DNA from: Rozella allomycis CSF55
Taxonomy: Eukaryota
Assembly: GCA_000442015.1 (NCBI GenBank)
Contig: KE561209.1
Span: forward strand, 124,001-188,000
Length of the DNA: 64,000 nucleotides
Direction of reading: 5' to 3'
Shown here one piece after another: positions 1 to 11,116 of this stretch; within the stretch, counting starts at the first letter, position 1; each line of letters opens with the position of its first letter. Position numbers and translations under genes: made by a program. The notes under the pieces are model-generated. The model made no database searches, was not told the origin of the DNA, and saw nothing but the letters and a program-made list of their open reading frames with translations.

Positions 1-724
1 AGCTTATGTTGAAGAATGCTCCAGAATAAAAAAGAAAGATTTGAAAGGAAAGCAAATGGTTATTAATACGGTAAACGACATGGTTTGTATTAATAAAGGA
101 ATGGGGAGCGTTTGACTCTGAGAGGAAATATTTACCTTATACGAAATATGATAATCATTTAAATAAAGAATCATTGTATCCAAATCAGCAGAATTTTGAG
201 AAGATGATCTCCGGAATGTATCTTGGTGAAATCACACGCCATGTACTCGTGGATCTCCATGCTAGAGGTTTATTGTTCCCAGCTTCTAATATAAATTGCC
301 TCTTGAAAAGAGAATCATTTTTAACTTCTCAAATGTCAAGAATTGAAAGGTAAGAAAAATTCCCGTAATTCAAAGGGACAATTCAAAAAACTTGGATGAC
401 GTGAAAATTGTTTTGGAAAAGAATATTGGAATTTCAGAAACAGATCTTAATGACAGAAAACTTGTTAAGCATGTTTGCAAATGTGTTGGAACAAGAGCAG
501 CTCAATTGTCTGCGATGGCTATTGGTGCTGTTTTGAAGCATTCCGGTAGATGGGATTGCACTGTTGCTATTGATGGATCTTTGTTTGAACATTACCCTAA
601 TTTTAAACTAAGAATTCAACAAACATTAAGACAATTATTTGGAGTTGTTTCAGATGACGTGAAATTGTCGCTAGCGAACGATGGAAGTGGAATTGGTGCA
701 GCTTTGATTGCCGCTTCATGTTAA
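1..724 (+). CDS. HXK: Hexokinase, 3' part (5' end outside window), 2 introns
   Basis: INT|EWGAF, FEKMISGMYLGEI, VAIDGSLFEHYP, DGSGIGAAL motifs. Confidence 0.95.
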
Positions 725-745
725 AAATAAAAAAAGTTGAATTTT

Positions 746-2098
746 TTATTGTTTTTTGGCTTTTGGTTTTTTCCAAACGACATCAAAGATGATGAGAAGA
801 ATTGGAACAATGTGACCAATGAAATACAAATCTGAATAAACCGAATAAAATTTAGAAAAAGAAAGTCTCTCAAATGCAATAAAACTGTAACAAAGTCCAA
901 ATTTAGCCCAAAAGAATCCAACAACTTTGTTTAATGCTTTTGGAGTTTTGCCGCTGAGACGACGAATCCAACGCTGCTCAGCTTCCATCATGAAGAATTC
1001 CAAAGAAAAACAAAAGAAATAACCAGGATGAAACCCATGCCAAAGAGCTAAAAATAAAAGTGAAATAATTGATGAAAGTTGTTTTGATCCTAAAAACTTT
1101 AAACGCTTAAATATGTATGTTTTTATCCACAGATTAGTATTAATATTAAAAGATGCGATTATATCACCCAAACTGGTTGCAGAATTGAACAAGACGTGAT
1201 CAATATTGGTTAGCAGAGAGAAATCTGCATTCCCATGTGCATCAAACCCTTTAAATGAAATCCCGCTAGCGATACATGAAGATTCACTCAGAAGCCAAAT
1301 AAAAATGTACTTAGCTATAGTAAATTGGCCAGCAATCACAATGTAAACAACTCTCCAATAAAATGGAAACATTGAAAATTCTTTCGTGTTAAGACTCTCC
1401 ATTGGAAATTTTGATTGACCTAATTGATTAATGATCAGATAAAATATTGCCACAACAAATTTCTTCATTGCTGGTATTGTTGTATTCACTTCAATCCTTT
1501 TCCCGTCTTTGACAAAAATTCTCCCAGACATGTATCTATTGTACAGTGAATATGAATATTGAGGCCCAACAAGAAACCCAAAAAATGAATAAAAATATGC
1601 CAGAGTATCAATCAATGATGGTGCTTTGTCTAACTTGTTTTCATTTCCAGCATGCTTTGTTGCACCGTCAGAAACATCAAATACAAATCCTATTAAGCGC
1701 AAAGCAAGTACAGATTGCGCAGTAGTAAAATTAATATCATAATCATCTGTACTGTACTGATAATAACACCAAAATAAATGGCACATAACAATCATTATAC
1801 ATGCCCAAGGAGTGTTTTTTGAACGTCCAAACATTTTAACCATCAAATATACAAAAACAATGGAGATAAGGGAATGCATTGTTTCAATGCCGTAATTGAA
1901 ATAAGCAATTGCAAGACCAAATGATAGAATAAATGCTCTCAATCCGCTCTGTGAATACTGTCGATCCAATAGTGTCTTCTTGTAAATAAGCCCAACAAAA
2001 GGCTGTAAAAACATCGATATTAATAGCCTAGATAATGGGATTGAAAATCCAAGTTTCAGAACATAATTATCCAAAAAGGTAATTGGTGGTGGCGACAT
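746..2098 (-). CDS. MBOAT lysophospholipid acyltransferase (Ale1/LPCAT3-like)
   Basis: 450 aa multi-TM ORF; FNINTNLWIKTYIFKRL and LALWHGFHPGY catalytic His motif. Confidence 0.9.
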   Translation of the reverse strand: MSPPPITFLDNYVLKLGFSIPLSRLLISMFLQPFVGLIYKKTLLDRQYSQSGLRAFILSFGLAIAYFNYGIETMHSLISIVFVYLMVKMFGRSKNTPWACIMIVMCHLFWCYYQYSTDDYDINFTTAQSVLALRLIGFVFDVSDGATKHAGNENKLDKAPSLIDTLAYFYSFFGFLVGPQYSYSLYNRYMSGRIFVKDGKRIEVNTTIPAMKKFVVAIFYLIINQLGQSKFPMESLNTKEFSMFPFYWRVVYIVIAGQFTIAKYIFIWLLSESSCIASGISFKGFDAHGNADFSLLTNIDHVLFNSATSLGDIIASFNINTNLWIKTYIFKRLKFLGSKQLSSIISLLFLALWHGFHPGYFFCFSLEFFMMEAEQRWIRRLSGKTPKALNKVVGFFWAKFGLCYSFIAFERLSFSKFYSVYSDLYFIGHIVPILLIIFDVVWKKPKAKKQ

Positions 2099-2234
2099 GG
2101 GTTAAGGGTTCAACCTTCCCTGATTTTTATCATGATTCATCAATAACTATTAAACGAGACGATAATTATTTTTTCATTTCCATGATAAATGTCATTACTT
2201 TTCTGCAAAATAATCTACTCGACTCCTTCTAGTT

Positions 2235-2636
2235 TGGTCATTGTCATTCCTGACCCAGAGAGGGTCTATGACGATAGCATGGGTACTAACTCCCTGACAT
2301 ATATCTTGAGGTACTATCAGTAGTACTGAATACAAGGATAACATCCATCCATTGAGGATCTGAATCTTAAGTTACGCTAGACAATGCCCTGCCAAGGTCA
2401 TTGACGATAGCATAGAGTTCACAACCTTAATAGAGCTATTAAGGTTTCTCTATTGATAACTAACATAGATTTCATACTCATTCATGAAGACCCAATATGG
2501 ATAAGTTATGCTAGACAATGCCCTGCCAAGGTCATTGACGATGGCATAGAGATCACAACCTTAATAAAGCTATTAAGGTTCTTCTAGTGATAACTAACAT
2601 ATATTCAATACTCATTGATGAGGACTCAATATGGAT
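2235..2636. repeat. Tandem repeat, ~134-bp unit: two close copies (2369-2502, 2503-2636) plus a diverged upstream copy
   Basis: TGACGAT(A/G)GCAT recurs at 2269, 2402 and 2536; copies 2 and 3 align over their whole length. Confidence 0.85.
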
Positions 2637-3389
2637 CTCTTAATTTGATAGATCTATAAATAGGATACTATTTATAGAAAGAATCAACCATATAAAACTC
2701 CAAGGAGATATCAATAAATAGAACGGAGGATAATCCATTCTCAATCGACATCAGTTTTTACTCTTTTTATCTTACGATTTACTATCCAATTTATGAGGAT
2801 TAAGATACTATAAGCGCATGGAGCGACAGTCATCACTCAGCCACAACAAATTGCAATGAGGCACAGGAAGAGACCTAAAATTAAAATGAGCGAAATTCGT
2901 GAATTATTAACCGAGTTTTTCAAAAGCGAAGGCATGTCAGTTACCAGAGGTCAGGCCAGAAGACTTCGCCCCTTTATTGCTCGAGTATTTCATACCATAA
3001 CTGTTTAACCATTAGTGTGTAGAATATTCCAAGAAGGGAGCGAATTGGCATGCATATAAAAAATTGAATTGGTGGTTTCGCGATGTAATACAATTATCTT
3101 CATGTAATTAGAACCCTGAAGTATTGCCAAAGTTATATACCGACATTGGCCCTCGATTCGCATTTGATTCAGGTGGTTACTTTAGGATATTTAGAACGGC
3201 ATTTCGCATGGAAGATAAAGCTGTAACATGGTAATTCACTTTCAATCTAGAATACCGCATATATTGAATTAAAGAAAAGAAAAAACTCTTTATTTGATGC
3301 TCTAAAACGGTATAAAGAAGAAAGCGAACAGAAGAATCAAGAGACAAAAAGTACCCAATAAAGTTGTCCATCTTTTGTATTTTTCCAAA

Positions 3390-4580
3390 ATGAAAGTTTT
3401 TTCCTCATTGTTTCCTACCGCTATTTTTCAAGTAAAATGCTCCTTTTTTCAAAAATAGAAATCTCAACCAACCGTTGTAGAAATTAAAAGTCTTATTAAA
3501 AACAGTAGTTACCAAAATTTATTTGGTTCTAGTGTGGATGAATATGCCAAAGTAATCAACAACTATTAGTCAGATATTAGATATCCGATAATTTAGAGAT
3601 AATTGAAAACTATTCCAGTTCTTTTGAACTAATAAAGGTATGGCCCTTGGTCATCAATCATAAAGTTTCTTTCAGAAGTATTGAAGAAACAAACTTATTT
3701 AGCCAGCCATGATATATCAATAGCTGATTATTTTGCTCTTGATAAATGCAGTGCGTCTTTTGCCTTGTTAAAAGATGAAGAGCGTGTGAAACTATACGGG
3801 TTAACCAGATGGTTCAATACTGTGCAAAAATCTGTATGGAAGAATTCCAATGGAACATTTAATTTGGAAAAAGTGCAACTAAACTTTTATAAAGAATTGG
3901 ATGCCAAAAAATCCATTGAAAGCTCGTTAAATGAAACACCTGCTGTTAAACAAACTAAGGACGTAAAAAAAGAAAACGAAAAGAAAACTAAAACTGAAAA
4001 AGATAAAAATCAAAAGCCAAAGGCAAACGGTCAAAAAGAAACCACTGACGATGTCCCCGCTATTTGCAAATTGGATGTTAGAGTTGGAAAAGTTTTATCC
4101 GTTAAAAAACACGAGCAAGCTGATTCCTTGTACGTCGAACAAATAGATGTAGGTGAAGAAAAACCAAGGACTATTGTTTCTGGATTGGTAAAATACATGA
4201 CGGCTGAAGAGCTTCAAGGAAAGATGCTTCTTGTTATGTGTAACTTGAAACCAGCAAGGTAACCATTTTAATTAATTAAAATCAGCATGAGGGGAGTTTT
4301 ATCCGAAGGAATGGTTTTGGCTGCAAGCGACGCCGAAAAGACCAAAGTCGAGTTGTTGGTACCGCCCCCTGGTGCCATTGCAGGAGATGTGATTAGTTTT
4401 GGCGATTTCGAAAGAAAACCTGAATCAATACTAAACCCGAAAAAGAAAATATTTGAATCTGTTCAACCAGATTTTACTACTGATGACAAACTCGTCGCAT
4501 ATTATAAAGACGCTGTTTTTCAAGTCAAAGGAAAAGGTGTTGTAAAAGCACCATCAATTGCAAAAGCAAACATTAAATAA
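3390..4580 (+). CDS. ARC1: Arc1p/AIMP1-like tRNA-synthetase cofactor (GST-like N-term, tRNA-binding OB fold), 4 introns
   Basis: LDVRVGKVLSVKKHEQADSLYVEQIDVGEEKPRTIVSGLV; NLKPA|SMRGVLSEGMVL; LNPKKKIFE. Confidence 0.9.
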
Positions 4581-4726
4581 ATTCTTAAATATTCTATAAC
4601 ATATTTCAAGTGTTCAAAGTACTTTCCATTTATTGACAAGAAGTGTTTTACTAACGCTTCAAAACTTAGATATGTTATATCATTGTTATCTAAAAAATTA
4701 AAGATGAAGATTTATTGATGAATGAT

Positions 4727-5067
4727 TTAATCAAAGAGACCAAATCCCATTTCTTCTTCAGTTTCTTCTTTTTCTTCTTCTTTGACTTCTTCTTTAGCAG
4801 CAGCTGGGGCAGCACCAGAAGCAGCTGCAACTGGAGCAGCACCTGATCCACTTCCGACGTTAAAGATGAGATCTTTGATGTCACGACCTTCTAAGGCCTT
4901 AGCGAAAAGACTAGCCCAGATAGGTTCAACTTCAACACCAGCAGCAGAAGTAAGTTTCAATAAGTTATCAGACTGAGTTTAAATTTATAACAAGTTCTTA
5001 CAGTGATTTCGATAGAGTCATCGAAGAGGATGAGTGAAGCGTATGCGATAGCGAGTTCAGTAGACAT
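4727..5067 (-). CDS. RPP1: 60S acidic ribosomal protein P1, 1 intron
   Basis: [17 protein letters not shown] exon; [16 protein letters not shown]-terminal [10 protein letters not shown]. Confidence 0.95.
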
Positions 5068-5269
5068 TTGCACGTTGATAAGTAGTTTAACTTTCGGTGA
5101 AAGGGCCTAAACAATCGGCAAACTAGACCCTGGTAAGAATTTTTTTCTTTTCAGTACCACTTTCTGAAATTTCAGAAACCTTTTTTTTCTTTGATATGAA
5201 AAATCGTTTTCGCATATAATTGAATGTTATTGCGCCCGAGCTTTCAAGTAATAAAAATATTGACATCTT

Positions 5270-5511
5270 TTAAGCCACGTCGCAACAACAAACAAACAAT
5301 TCACAATTGTAACAGATATGGAAGAAGAGATGGCCAAATTAGGAGTTGATGAAAGTAAGATAAAAGTTTTTTCCTCGTTTATAAATTGTTGCAATTTATT
5401 TTTGCACAACTCTTTTATCGTACTCTCATCAACTCCTAATTTGGCCATCTCTTCTCCCATTTCTGTTACAATTGTGTAGATTAAGTTGTTTGTTGTTGCG
5501 ATGTGGGTTAA
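5270..5511. repeat. Long imperfect inverted repeat (arms ~100 bp, spacer ~45 bp)
   Basis: 5270-5366 is the near reverse complement of 5412-5511 (e.g. GAAGAGATGGCCAAATTAGGAGTTGATGA / TCATCAACTCCTAATTTGGCCATCTCTTC). Confidence 0.92.
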
Positions 5512-5780
5512 GTGCGTACTTGAATTTTGAAAAAAAAGTATGTGTAGATTTAATTTTAAGGCAAAGAAGTTCTAGATTTTTATTGTGTTTCAAGGTAGTT
5601 AAATGAGAAAATAAATCACATGATTTATCCTCCACTAACACTTCATCCGGGCCGAAGTCGTACATTGTAAGTTGTAACATATGTCAGTTTTTAAATTCTG
5701 TCCAGTTTAATCCAAGAAGCCGCCATGTATCATTTTCAGCCTGATAGCATATTAATTAATATTTTTCCAAAATCACGGAA

Positions 5781-7497
5781 ATGACATTGAGAATTTTGGG
5801 TAATTGCGTTGATTCAAGAAAATACACCACTATTCGCCCGATATATAAAAGAGCAAATAACTTCAATGTCTTAAATAACAAACATTTAGATTTTTTTAAT
5901 TCTCTTTTGGAAAAAGAGGAGATTCAAACTAAAGATTTGGATTCTTACAATACCGACTGGATGAAAAAATATAAAGGCCAGTCAAAACTAGTTTTAAAGC
6001 CCAAAGAAGCATCAAAAATATCAGAAATTCTTCGTTATTGCAACATGGAAAAGTAGAATCGATAATCTTACTACTTTAGACTTGCCGTTGTTCCTCAAGG
6101 AGGAAACACTGGTCTTGTGGGCGGTTCAGTACCGGCATTCGACGAAATAATTCTATCGACCAAAAATATAAACAAAATTATTGCTTTTGATAAGACTAAT
6201 GGAGCAATAGTATGTGAAGCTGGTTGCATTCTTCAAACATTAGATGAATATGTCCAAGAAAACGGATTTATTGTCCCACTTGATTTAGGGGCGAAGGGTA
6301 TGGTAGTGCGAAATATATGATCTAGGAAGTTGCCATATAGGTGGTAATGTTTCCACTAATGCCGGTGGTTTACGCCTTATGAGATATGGTTCTCTGAAAG
6401 GTTCAGTTTTGGGGCTTGAAGCAGTAACGGTTTTGAATGTTCTCTAAAGATATTGGCTGATGGGGCCATTCTTTCAAATTTAAACACAATGAGAAAAGAC
6501 AACACGGGTAATGTCTTACAATAACAAAGTTATTGGCTATGATCTAAATCAACTTTTCATCGGTTCGGAAGGGACATTAGGGTTCATAACTAAAGTCTCG
6601 TTACTCTGTGTTCCTAAACCAAAAGTAAACTTACCTTCTGCATAATTATGGCACAAAATGTACTTTTGTTTGGTGTCAATAGCTATGAAAATGTTTTGCA
6701 AATGTTCAAGCTTACAAGAAGCATTTGTTCTGAAATTCTTTCGGGTGATTGTGATAATTGTGTTAATAGCAGCATTTGAGTTCTGGGATGAACATTCAAT
6801 GGAATTGACATTGAAAAACGCAAAACTGCATAGTCCATTGGCTGGACTACATAAGTTCTATGTACTCATTGAAACTTCTGGGTCTGATAGTGATCATGAT
6901 CAAAGCGTATGCTCTCTTATTTAAAATAGATATATATAGAAGCTTGATAAATTAATGAATGAAGGTTTTAGTAAAGAAATTGTACAAGATGGCATTATGG
7001 CACAGGATGTTAGCCAGGTAAAATTGGTATGAATCAAATTAAGATCAAAAATATATGGTCGTACAGAGAATTTATTCCGGAAGCCTGTTCCAGAGAAGGC
7101 TCAATGCTCAAATATGACATATCTTTACCTCAATCAAAATTGTATAGCATTGTTGAGTTAATCCGAGAAAAACTTGGAAAAAGTGTTTCTAATGTAATTG
7201 GATATGGACACATAGGTGATGGTAAAGTCAAATGAATGTTTACATAAGGCAATTTACATCTGAATATCTCATGCATGATTATTCTCCTGATTTGATTAGT
7301 ACAATCGAGCCCTTAGTTTATAATTATGTGGCAGAAAATGGAGGAAGTATTAGCGGCGAGCATGGCATTGGAATTATGAAAGTCAATTATCTACAATACG
7401 CAAAATCACCAAGCTCAATTAAATTGATGAAAAAATCTAAAGAATATGCTTGATCCCAATTCCCAATGGTATTTTAAATCCTTACAAAGTCTTTTGA
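5781..7497 (+). CDS. DLD2: D-2-hydroxyglutarate / D-lactate dehydrogenase (FAD-linked, DLD2-like), 9 introns, apparent C-terminal frameshifts
   Basis: [72 protein letters not shown]. Confidence 0.92.
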
Positions 7498-7667
7498 TTC
7501 AATAAATAATTGATATGAGCGTAGCCATTTTGAGTACTATTTCATGGGCATATTATAGCGTTCTCATCCAAGCCGATTTTTACTGTTAAATATAGCTATA
7601 TGTATTTCAAACTTGGAAGGTCTTGAGTAAAGCGGGCGCATTAGGTAAGTAGCTGATAAATATGATT

Positions 7668-8755
7668 TTATTGTAAAGACTTATAATAATACAACACCAC
7701 GAATTCTGAGGCAATTGATAAATGATCTGAACCGAACGTAGAATTTGGCAAACCAATCTCTCCTCCTTCAATATGTTCTATATGAGGTATATTTTGGACC
7801 GATAAAACCTGCAGAAACTGAGGATCATAAAAAATATAGTCGATTGTTTGTTTGAATGAAGGTGTATACACCGTATAACCTGGTTCACTCCGTAAAGCTG
7901 TAAAGTAAGCTGATTTAAGATTAAATGTATTACTAAGAGAATCTATTATACTTAATATATTCTCCATTGTGTTAAATCTTGTGTGTTCCATTGCATCATT
8001 AGAGTTCTCAATCCCTTTTGGCAGCGAAGATAAGGTTTCAGGTGAAATAATTAACGATTGAAGGTCATCCAAAGAAAGCTTTGCGCTAGTAAGGCATTTA
8101 TACAATGCTGAATCTGGTGTCATATTAAAATCTCCACAAACAATACATGGCGAAATAGAATACTCTTTTTTAACAATTTTTAAGCAGCGCATCCAATATT
8201 CTACCTGTTTCAACCGTATAAAATCCGCTAAAGGTCTCCAATAAAGATGTCCAGTTGAAACTAAAATAGAGTCCATGGTTTCCACATCTTGCAATACTAC
8301 GATAATCGCAATATTATTTGTTGTAGTGATTCCTTTTAAACATTCATCAAATAATACGTGTTTTTGATAAAGTAGCTTCAGCCTAAATGGATTTTAATGG
8401 TAGCATAAACATACTTTCTTCTATTGTAAAAAATAGCGCATCCATCCTTCAAAGGCTTTGACATGAAAACTCCATTAAAACTTTGCTTATTAAGCTCAGG
8501 TTCAAAAAAGTCATAGAAATGATCTACCTCCAAAAGCATTCAACATAAAATCAATACTTGTAGGCATATTATATCTGCATTGCACCGTTCTATTTCTTTC
8601 AGTAAATTGTTTTTCCTAAAACTCCATCGAAGAATACCCTTTTTGCAATATGGGAAGTTTTCTTTGTTAATAAGGCGTTGGGAAAGCACATTGAAACTTT
8701 GAATTTTTATGCTTCTCGTCATGGCTTCATATTTAGTGTTTTGAAAACTGGACAT
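7668..8755 (-). CDS. EEP-family deadenylase/phosphatase (CCR4/Angel/Nocturnin-like), 2 introns
   Basis: SFNVL, ADIICLQ|EVD, GDFN, TIDYIFY, GSDHLSI motifs. Confidence 0.88.
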
Positions 8756-8928
8756 TAACGTTTTCTTATAATTTAATCTCAGAAATTTAGTGACAAAATT
8801 CAATTCCTGCAAACCGAAATTTTACTTATACAGTAGATTTAAAAAGGATTCATTGGCTAGACTTTAAAAATAACTCTAACCTATTAGTTTGTGACAACCC
8901 CTTCCAAGCCACAAACTCAGAATCGTCC

Positions 8929-9927
8929 ATGCCCATTGATAGGACTCAGGAACTTCATAATTACAACAAGAGAGGAAATAGGAATTCTTATAAAAAATTC
9001 AGTCCAAATACCAGCGATCGATCCTTTGATATAGAGATGGGTGTAATCGGCGACAATAGCCAAGATTTGTTTTTCAAAGAAATAGAAGGAATTAGAGCAT
9101 CAATAACAAAAATCACAAGATATACTGATGATTTAAAACGATTGCACACCCAAGCTTTGACAACATTATACGCTGACGATGGTGCAAGAGCAAACAGGGA
9201 TATAGAAGAATTAACAATCCGAATAACAGAAATATCAAATTCAGTACGAAGGAAATTGAAAAAGATTGGCGCTGAAAATGAACAAATGGCCAATAATGTA
9301 TCAAAAGGAAATGCGAATTTAAGGATTCGTACAAATCAAGTAGCTCAGTTGTCAAAAAAGTTTATGGATGTCATGAGAAACTATCAGCAGGTTCAAACAG
9401 AAAACAAGCAAAAGCATATACAGCAACTTGAAAGACAATATAAAATCGTCAGGCCAGATGCAACACAGGAGGAGTTGGAAAAGCTTAGGGAACAACAAGG
9501 AAGTTCTTTAATGTCACAGCAAATATTTACTATCACTAATGTAGATGATGCACGAGAACTTTTAGATGACATGCAAGAAAGGCACAATGAGATTATGGTG
9601 CTAGAGAAATCCATGCTAGAGTTACATCAACTGTTTATGGATATCTCATTGTTAATTGATCAACAAGGAGACATGATAAACACCATTGAATCACAGGTTG
9701 AGCAAGCTACTGAATATACCTCTAATGCGGTCGTGCAACTGAAATCTGCTGTAGAACATCAAAAGAGTGTCAGAAAGAAGAAATGGTACCTCTTAATATT
9801 CTTCTTGATTATTTTAGCCATAGGTGGAGTGCTTCTATGGTTTTATGTAATCCAACCATTTTTGAATCAAAGGAATAGTCAATCTTCAAACATTAAAACA
9901 GGACAAAATACAATAGTTAACAACTGA
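8929..9927 (+). CDS. Plasma-membrane Qa-SNARE syntaxin (Sso1/syntaxin-1-like)
   Basis: Habc helices, SNARE motif ELHQLFMDISLLIDQQGDMINTIE, C-terminal TM. Confidence 0.92.
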   Translation: MPIDRTQELHNYNKRGNRNSYKKFSPNTSDRSFDIEMGVIGDNSQDLFFKEIEGIRASITKITRYTDDLKRLHTQALTTLYADDGARANRDIEELTIRITEISNSVRRKLKKIGAENEQMANNVSKGNANLRIRTNQVAQLSKKFMDVMRNYQQVQTENKQKHIQQLERQYKIVRPDATQEELEKLREQQGSSLMSQQIFTITNVDDARELLDDMQERHNEIMVLEKSMLELHQLFMDISLLIDQQGDMINTIESQVEQATEYTSNAVVQLKSAVEHQKSVRKKKWYLLIFFLIILAIGGVLLWFYVIQPFLNQRNSQSSNIKTGQNTIVNN

Positions 9928-9931
9928 TTGT

Positions 9932-10834
9932 TTATTTATGATTGTTTATTTGATAAAGGACTGTTTTTAAATATTTCTTTTTCAACCTTTTATATTTTTC
10001 TTTAATATCTTCATCATCCTTTTTAATGATATCATTTGCAACTGCATGGGACTCTATTATCTTCCCCATAACCCTCTGCCTTGTAGGGCTAACACTTTTT
10101 CTTTTATCCACAAGCCCTTCTTCAATTAATTCTATTCTCTCCTTTTCCCATTTCTCTTTATCGGCTGCTCTTGCTTTTTCTAGCGACAATCTTAAATCCT
10201 TTTCAGTTTTAACATTAATTTCACATTCTTTAATTTCATTTTGTAATTCTTCAATTTTTCTAGCCAACTGATGCTCATTTTCTTGCAACTTGCCAATGAC
10301 TAGACCATTCTCGTGAATTTGCTTCTTCAATCGTGAATTCTCCATTTTCAATTCCTCTATTTGTGTCTGATATTCAGTCTCAAATGAAGAAAATTTCTCA
10401 GCTGCTTCCATTTCGATTTTCCTCGCCAAATCTCTCTCTTGAACCAATTTGTTGAATAATTCACTTTGCAAAAGTTCTCTTTCAACCCATTTTGACTTTT
10501 CTTCTTCATGACAATTAGAAATGGATATTAGTTCTCTCTCCAGACTTTTTATGATCTCGTCTTTCTTAATGTCACTCTCATATATTTTCGGCGTATCGGC
10601 ACTTTGCAGACGATTCCTAAGCTTCTTAATTTAGTAAAAGTGAATTACCTCTTTAATTTCACTTTCATAGTAATCTCTTATTTCATTTTCCCTAGCAAGG
10701 AATTCATTGCGTTGTTCATCTAATAAACAGAGGTGTTGATTTTGGATAAATTGTATTGTTTTCTCATGACTTTCAGATATTTTTTTGATATGATTACAGA
10801 GCTCTAATATTCGATCTGTTTCGGTTTCATCCAT
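9932..10834 (-). CDS. Coiled-coil hypothetical protein, 1 intron
   Basis: Two E/K-rich ORFs joined by a GT-AG intron near 10626-10658. Confidence 0.65.
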
Positions 10835-11090
10835 TGTTTTGACTTTTTCAAAAATTTCAACGTCAAGTTAAGGCACGACAAAATCATAAAAAATACTTAA
10901 TCTGTAATCATTATCAAGCATAATATAATTATTTCGGTAATGTGACTTGTTAGATTATAAAAGGGACTAGATTCATACAAAAACCAATTGGAAAACTTCA
11001 TAACTTTATCGAATATATTTTAGAAATATGAAGATAGTTCTGTTCTTAGTGCATTACCACACATTAGGTAATTTAGTGCAACGACTGGTG

Positions 11091-11097
11091 ACCCCTG
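11091..11097 (+). promoter_or_regulatory. ACCCCTG motif upstream of the AIF start; representative of a recurrent start-proximal CCC motif
   Basis: Identical heptamer within 30 nt upstream of the Piezo, LPMO, subtilisin and DUG1 start codons. Confidence 0.65.
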
Positions 11098-11116
11098 TTC
11101 ATACTTGCTCAATACA

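Noticed and set aside
2099-2110. Telomere-like GGGTTAAGGGTT
   Set aside because: Only two imperfect units, better explained as the CCC start-proximal motif of the MBOAT gene
2369-2636. CRISPR array, or TAA/TAG-to-Gln recoding
   Set aside because: No repeat-spacer structure or cas genes in a eukaryotic context; flanking genes clearly terminate at TAA and TAG
3177-3371. 64-aa minus-strand ORF upstream of ARC1
   Set aside because: No recognisable motif or splice support
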